Shown: positions 58,805 through 64,000 of the stretch, piece after piece
Layout of the letters: every line of letters starts with the position of its first letter
How positions within the stretch are numbered: the stretch's first letter is position 1
Assembly (NCBI GenBank): GCA_963758495.1
Contig: CAVWVI010000003.1
Location: 1,088,001 to 1,152,000 of the forward strand
Source: Oligoflexia bacterium
Lineage (GTDB): Bacteria; Bdellovibrionota; UBA1018
Length of the DNA stretch: 64,000 nt
Reading direction: 5' to 3'
Position numbers and translations under genes: made by a program
Notes under the pieces: generated by a model
What the model was told of the DNA's origin: nothing
What the model saw: the letters and a program-made list of their open reading frames with translations, nothing else
Database searches by the model: none

Positions 58805-59884
58805 ATGGCTCCATCTAAGATTTTAGCTATCAAACTCAGATCTCTTGGAGACACGGTGCTCATGACAGCACCCCTCATAGAACTCACACGTGCATTTCCA
58901 CAAGCTAGAATTGACGTGGTAGCAACACAGGAATGGGCGCCTCTCCTTGAGGGAATTCCTGGAATCAATCAAATACTTCCTATTCAACGCTCTCATGTCA
59001 TTCGCTTCGCACTTCATGCTTGGAGAAAAAAATACGATTGTGTCGTAAATTTTCATGCCAGCTCATCTAGTTCTTTTTTATCATTAGCAACCGGTGCCAA
59101 ATTAAGATCAATCCATTTTCATGGTCATCAAGACAGAAATCGGTACTCCACTGTCACGATTCCTGGAAAGGGAACGCTCAAACCTATTATTGAACGGGAC
59201 ATGGATTCGCTTCGTGCCCTAGGCCTGCATATTCCGGCAGGGCGCAGCCCTCACCTCTATTTGCAACCGGCCGAAATCCGAGAAGCCTCGACGTTTTATG
59301 ATAAGCTCAGATTATCAGAACCGAGATTGATTCTTGGATTAGGCGCGAGTCGGCCGACCAAAAGTTGGCCCATTGAACGGTTTGCCTCCTTAGCGATTGA
59401 ATGGGTGCAAAAAGAAAGGGGCAGTGTTCTTGCGATTGCTAGCTCCAATGAAGATTTTAAAATAACCAGTTTTTTAAAGCTCATTGATGACCACCTCTTT
59501 GCGAGTTTGAGTCGTTCTGAAGATCGTTCACGAATTCGAGAAAAAATAGCGGCAGTCAGTCATCTTAAAATTAGACAACTGGCAGCTGTAATCCAACAAG
59601 CTTCCGTTTTTGCGGGAAATGACTCCGGCCCTAAACATATCGCCGTGGCAGTTGATACACCTACAGTGACTCTTTTTGGTCCCGAAGATCCTTTTGAATG
59701 GCATCCCTACCCAAAAGAACGACATCCTTATTTGTTTATTGACCCTCTTCCTTGTCGGCGGGATGCCGATCCAGGAATGCCTCCCTGGTGTGGACTACAA
59801 AATTGCATTATCGAAGAACACAAATGTATGCGCCAAATCGGAGTAGACTCAGTCCTCGCACAATGCCAGCGTGTCGTAAAATGA
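58805..59884 (+). CDS. Glycosyltransferase family 9 (LPS heptosyltransferase-like)
   Basis: KILAIKLRSLGDTVL, K.WP.ERF, GNDSGPKHIAVAV..PTVTLFGP. Confidence 0.9.
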   Translation: MAPSKILAIKLRSLGDTVLMTAPLIELTRAFPQARIDVVATQEWAPLLEGIPGINQILPIQRSHVIRFALHAWRKKYDCVVNFHASSSSSFLSLATGAKLRSIHFHGHQDRNRYSTVTIPGKGTLKPIIERDMDSLRALGLHIPAGRSPHLYLQPAEIREASTFYDKLRLSEPRLILGLGASRPTKSWPIERFASLAIEWVQKERGSVLAIASSNEDFKITSFLKLIDDHLFASLSRSEDRSRIREKIAAVSHLKIRQLAAVIQQASVFAGNDSGPKHIAVAVDTPTVTLFGPEDPFEWHPYPKERHPYLFIDPLPCRRDADPGMPPWCGLQNCIIEEHKCMRQIGVDSVLAQCQRVVK

Positions 59885-59897
59885 TCGGGCAAAAAAT

Positions 59898-60809
59898 ATG
59901 AAAATTTCTGGCTTCTCACTGATTCGCAACGGAACTCAATTCGATTATCCCTATTTAGAATCTCTCAGATCTCTTCTTCCTCTCGTAGACGAACTCGTAA
60001 TTAATGTTGGAATCGGTGATGATAATAGCCTAGAAAAAGTGCGTACATTTTCTCAACAGGAAGGAAAAGGCAAAGTTTTCTTTTTTGAATCCGATTGGCA
60101 GCTAGACAACCCAGAGAAAAAACGTGGAGGCTTAATTTTATCCGAACAAACCAATCTTGCACTCGATCGCTGTTCCCATGACTGGTGTGTCTATCTTCAG
60201 GCAGATGAAATTCTTCATCAAGACGATATTGCAAAAATCGCTGGTACGATTCAAAAGGTTAACTCCAAAAGAGCGATTGAAGGTTTACTCTTTGACTATC
60301 GGCACTTTTATGGATCTTTTGATGTCATACAAAAATCTCGGAATGTTTATCGAAGAGAAGTGCGAGCCATTCGCAAGAGTTCAGATGCCAGAAGTGTGGG
60401 CGATGCACAAAGCTTTAGAAAGCAAAATGGAGAAAAGCTCACAGTGATTCATTCAGGGGCACGAATTTTTCATTACGGCTGGGTAAGAAACCCTGAGGCA
60501 ATGAAAGAAAAAACTTTTCACTTTGATCAACTTTATCACGGTGATCCAAGCCCAGAAAACGTGAAAAATAGAACTCCTCATACGGGTGATAACTATCGTT
60601 ATAAGAAGATTTGGGGCCTTCAGTCTTTTAAAGAAACACACCCCAACGTCATGGCAGATCGAATCAAAAATAAAGGCTGGCATTGGGATTTAGAAAATTC
60701 TCCCTTCATTTTTTCGTGGAAAGATACGAAGAGAGTCGTATTAGATACGATTGAACGAGTGACAGGTTATCGATTATTTGAATACCGGAGCTACAAACTC
60801 ATAAAATAA
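59898..60809 (+). CDS. Glycosyltransferase family 2
   Basis: KISGFSLIRN...DYP..ES..S.LP.VDE, YLQADE, HYGWVR. Confidence 0.85.
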   Translation: MKISGFSLIRNGTQFDYPYLESLRSLLPLVDELVINVGIGDDNSLEKVRTFSQQEGKGKVFFFESDWQLDNPEKKRGGLILSEQTNLALDRCSHDWCVYLQADEILHQDDIAKIAGTIQKVNSKRAIEGLLFDYRHFYGSFDVIQKSRNVYRREVRAIRKSSDARSVGDAQSFRKQNGEKLTVIHSGARIFHYGWVRNPEAMKEKTFHFDQLYHGDPSPENVKNRTPHTGDNYRYKKIWGLQSFKETHPNVMADRIKNKGWHWDLENSPFIFSWKDTKRVVLDTIERVTGYRLFEYRSYKLIK

Positions 60810-60811
60810 GG

Positions 60812-61630
60812 CTACTTATTTTCTTGATAGCCTTTGACGGCCCATTTGTACTGATGATCACTCAAGAGTAATTGATATTTTACTTCGTTTTCCTGGGTGG
60901 GCACCCGTCGTTTATGAAAGACATGAAATTGAATGCAAAGCCCTTTCGCTCCAATCGATTTTTTTCCTGAATTTCTCAATCGAATGTAAAGATCCCCGTC
61001 CTCTCCCCAATAGGATTCCATGGATTCATTAAAACCATTCACATCTTTAATATCAGACGTCCAAGCACCTAAATTACTGCCTAAGATATCTAATGGCGTA
61101 TCGTAGCCAAAAAACTGCCTTAATTTCGTATAAGGGATTCGAATTCCTCGTTTTAAAAACTGGGTATCTTTTATTAAACGACTGAAGATCATATTCAGAT
61201 CGAGATGATCAAACTTGCCGTTTTGCACACCCGCCACCGTCAATTTCGAGCTGATCCGCTCTCCCAAATCCACTCGCCGTCCACATACAAAATGCCCTGT
61301 TTTTCTGAGATGAATATGATCTTCGATAAAATGTCGTTCAAGAATGACATCTCCGTCTAAGAAAATGAGGTAATCCGCTTTCACCTGTCTCAGTGCTTCA
61401 TTCAAAATTTTTGATTTTCTGTATCCTTGATCTTTTTGAGAAATAAATTGAACAGCAAAAGTGTGGGGTGCATAACAAAAAACCTCTGTCTCATCACTCG
61501 ATCCATCATCTGCAATCACCACTTCGAAATTTCGAAAGGTTTGCCGCTCAAGGCTTGCAAAAAGGAGCTTTAAAGTCCGAACCTGATTATAAGACGTTAC
61601 AATCACCGATACAGTAGGATTCTGAGACAT
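60812..61630 (-). CDS. Glycosyltransferase family 2
   Basis: SVIVTSYN, IADDGS, FLDGD, NGFNE...WGEDGD. Confidence 0.9.
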   Translation of the reverse strand: MSQNPTVSVIVTSYNQVRTLKLLFASLERQTFRNFEVVIADDGSSDETEVFCYAPHTFAVQFISQKDQGYRKSKILNEALRQVKADYLIFLDGDVILERHFIEDHIHLRKTGHFVCGRRVDLGERISSKLTVAGVQNGKFDHLDLNMIFSRLIKDTQFLKRGIRIPYTKLRQFFGYDTPLDILGSNLGAWTSDIKDVNGFNESMESYWGEDGDLYIRLRNSGKKSIGAKGLCIQFHVFHKRRVPTQENEVKYQLLLSDHQYKWAVKGYQENK

Positions 61631-61641
61631 AAATTTTCCGC

Positions 61642-62955
61642 TTAAAGTCCGAACTTCCCTCTCCCTATGGAATAATAAATAAATCCACGATCCAGCATTT
61701 GCCGGGGCTCAAATAGATTTCGACCATCAAAAATAATCGCTGATTTTAACGTTTTTTTAACTCGATCGAAATCTACCTGTCTAAACTCATTCCATTCCGT
61801 AATCACCAGAAGCGCATCCGCGCCTTCAAGTGCAAGATACGAATTTGAACAAAAGGTGACTCGAGAGTCAAAAAACTGCTTAGCATTATCCATAGCAACT
61901 GGATCAAATGCCTTAATGGTTGCACCTGCATCCAGAAGCTCCTGAATCACCGTTAGAGAGGGCGCTTCTCTCATATCATCTGTATTCGGCTTAAACGCTA
62001 GACCCCAAATAGCAAAAACTTTACCTTTCAACTCTTCACTATAATGTTTCTTCACTAAATCAGACAAATAGCGCTTTTGACGGCTATTCGCTGACTCAGC
62101 GGCAGCCACGATACCCATGGGAACACGATGCTGAAGTGCGGTAACTAAAAGTGCTTGAATATCCTTTGGAAAACACGATCCGCCATAACCCACACCCGGA
62201 TAAAGAAAATGCTTTCCAATACGAATATCCGTTATCATGCCGCGTCGTACTTTTTCAATATCACCACCGACCTTGTCACAGAGCACTGCCAGCTCATTCA
62301 TAAAACTGATTCGCGCTGCGAGAAATGAATTACATGCATACTTGGTGATCTCTGCTGAGATGGGATCCATCCAAATCACAGGATCTCCCTGTCGCACAAA
62401 AGGAGCATAAAGTTCAGCCATTTTTAAATAAACTTCCTCTTGAGAAGTCCCGATAATCACACGATCCGGTCTTAAAAAATCACCTACCGCGGTCCCTTCT
62501 TTGAGAAATTCAGGATTACTGACTACGTCAAAACGGTGTTTTGTATGTTGACCAATCCATTCAGCAGTCAATTGATGACTGCCGATCGGTACCGTGGATT
62601 TATTCACGATGAGGCAATATCCTTGAAGACTTTTTCCTACCTCTTCAGCAGCTGCTTTTAAGTATTGAAGATCCGGTTCTCCAGTAGAAAGGGAAGGCGT
62701 GCCCACGGCTAGGAAAATAATTTCACAATGAGAAACCGCCTCCGAAATTGAAGTGGTAAAGCTGAGTCGCCGATTAGCAAGGCCCTGCTTCACAAGACTT
62801 TCTAACCCTGGCTCAAATATCGGAATAGTTCCCTTACGAAGCGCATCAATCTTATGTTGATCTTTGTCGACACAAAATACTCTATTTCCAGTATCAGCAA
62901 AGCAAGCTCCCGCAACTAAACCCACATAGCCTGTTCCAATGATTGCAATATGCAT
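61642..62955 (-). CDS. ugd: UDP-glucose 6-dehydrogenase
   Basis: GTGYVG, KSTVP, SNPEFLKEG, GYGGSCFPKD, AFKPNTDD.RE. Confidence 0.95.
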   Translation of the reverse strand: MHIAIIGTGYVGLVAGACFADTGNRVFCVDKDQHKIDALRKGTIPIFEPGLESLVKQGLANRRLSFTTSISEAVSHCEIIFLAVGTPSLSTGEPDLQYLKAAAEEVGKSLQGYCLIVNKSTVPIGSHQLTAEWIGQHTKHRFDVVSNPEFLKEGTAVGDFLRPDRVIIGTSQEEVYLKMAELYAPFVRQGDPVIWMDPISAEITKYACNSFLAARISFMNELAVLCDKVGGDIEKVRRGMITDIRIGKHFLYPGVGYGGSCFPKDIQALLVTALQHRVPMGIVAAAESANSRQKRYLSDLVKKHYSEELKGKVFAIWGLAFKPNTDDMREAPSLTVIQELLDAGATIKAFDPVAMDNAKQFFDSRVTFCSNSYLALEGADALLVITEWNEFRQVDFDRVKKTLKSAIIFDGRNLFEPRQMLDRGFIYYSIGRGKFGL

Positions 62956-63017
62956 ATATTACAACTTCTCCCAAATTTAAAAGGTTTGTGCTAGTTCTTT
63001 TTAAAACTGGAAAAAAT

Positions 63018-63806
63018 ATGACTCGAAAACCACTCAGCGTCACAATCATTACGCTTAACGAAGAAGAGCACATCCGCAACGCTCTTCAAAGTGTCTCTTG
63101 GGCCGAAGAGAAAATCGTAGTCGACTCAGGAAGTACAGACAAGACTGTCGAAATTGCAAAAAATTTAGGTGCTCAGGTCATTTACAACCCTTGGCCTGGC
63201 TATGGTCAACAAAAGAATTTTGCCCAAAAACATGCTGCCCATGATTGGATACTTAATATTGATGCTGACGAAGTCGTTTCTCCCGAACTTTCTCAAGAGA
63301 TTCAATCAGTGCTCGCACAAATGAACCATGGACGGTTGAATGCATCTGGATTTTCTTTTCCAAGAAAGACTTATTATTTAGGTCGTTGGATTCAACATGG
63401 TGGCTGGTATCCCAATCATTTAGTACGGCTAGCAAATCGAAATGATGCGGAATGGACTGAACCTTCTGTTCATGAAGAACTCAAAGTAACCGGAACAGTA
63501 GTGAGTCTTTTGCAACCACTCCATCATTTTGCCTTTTCGAGTATCCAGGATCAAATTCTCACTAATTTGAGGTTTTCACGCCTCGGATCTCAAGATCTTA
63601 AACAAATTGGACAGGGACCGAGTATCAGCCGACTGATTCTTAAACCGATTGGAAAATTTATAGAGACCTACATAATAAAAGGGGGCTTTTTAGATGGGCT
63701 TCCAGGGTTTATAATAGCAATTAATGCTGCTCATAGCATGTTTCTAAAATATGCATACTTAAGCGAGGCTCAAATTCGAAATGAGAATATTAATAATCGA
63801 CAATAA
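63018..63806 (+). CDS. Glycosyltransferase family 2 (KdtX/WaaE-like)
   Basis: LSVTIITLNEE, VDSGSTD, IDADE, VHE, GFLDG..G. Confidence 0.88.
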   Translation: MTRKPLSVTIITLNEEEHIRNALQSVSWAEEKIVVDSGSTDKTVEIAKNLGAQVIYNPWPGYGQQKNFAQKHAAHDWILNIDADEVVSPELSQEIQSVLAQMNHGRLNASGFSFPRKTYYLGRWIQHGGWYPNHLVRLANRNDAEWTEPSVHEELKVTGTVVSLLQPLHHFAFSSIQDQILTNLRFSRLGSQDLKQIGQGPSISRLILKPIGKFIETYIIKGGFLDGLPGFIIAINAAHSMFLKYAYLSEAQIRNENINNRQ

Positions 63807-64000
63807 TATTGATGTTGAATGCTGGGGATCCCAAGATTTGTGCCGATTCACCCGAATGACTCAAGGAGCGACCATCTACATACGAAGAGGCCCCCAAGGT
63901 GATCTCCCTAAAGATCCGGCATTCTTTGATCGAATCATTGTTTCTGGTTCAAAAACATCAGCCCTAGAGGACTCTCCTTGGATTAGCCAGCTCATCGAAT
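63781..64000 (+). CDS. Class I glutamine amidotransferase-like protein; 3'-partial
   Basis: Manual translation MRILIIDNNID...DLPKDPAFFDRIIVSGSKTSALEDSPWI is open to the window end. Confidence 0.7.
   Translation, partial: MRILIIDNNIDVECWGSQDLCRFTRMTQGATIYIRRGPQGDLPKDPAFFDRIIVSGSKTSALEDSPWISQLIE

Noticed and set aside
1..64000. Numerous 60-130 aa ORFs overlapping assigned genes
   Set aside because: They are antisense or alternate-frame shadows of well-supported genes, without RBS or motifs.

Overview
This is a 64-kb bacterial chromosomal segment from a Gram-negative, LPS-producing organism. Gene content and order (alpha2-type GlyRS, ppdK, smc-lolA, yajQ-rimO, pilF-rodZ, lepA-lepB-pyrB-pyrC-carA) suggest a Bdellovibrionota/Oligoflexia-like lineage, which is inference only. 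Most of the window is housekeeping: thrABC, recO, a galE-gmhB fusion, msbA, glyQS, ppdK, smc, lolA, yajQ, rimO, split transketolase, trmL, asnS, pepA, a wcaJ-like transferase, lptF, rodZ, pilF, rlmD, lepAB, pyrBC, carA, LPS glycosyltransferases and ugd. Two AT-rich accessory blocks interrupt it. The first is a 2.4-kb two-gene island with no integrase, bracketed by a perfect 118-bp duplication of the lolA 3' end. The second is a ~7.4-kb block with a signal-peptide-bearing phage tail-collar protein, a ~970-aa secreted helical toxin-like protein, lipoproteins, decayed genes and an AAA+/DUF4143 ATPase whose promoter lies inside a 19-bp perfect inverted repeat. Non-coding highlights are an unannotated 33-aa sORF inside a ~415-nt hairpin-rich unit with its own terminator before smc, three perfect DnaA boxes with an AT-rich palindromic spacer between lptF and rodZ, and two copies of a ~105-bp palindromic MITE/REP-like element. 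I recognised no rRNA, tRNA, CRISPR array, integrase or transposase. All calls come from reading the sequence by eye; no searches were run.
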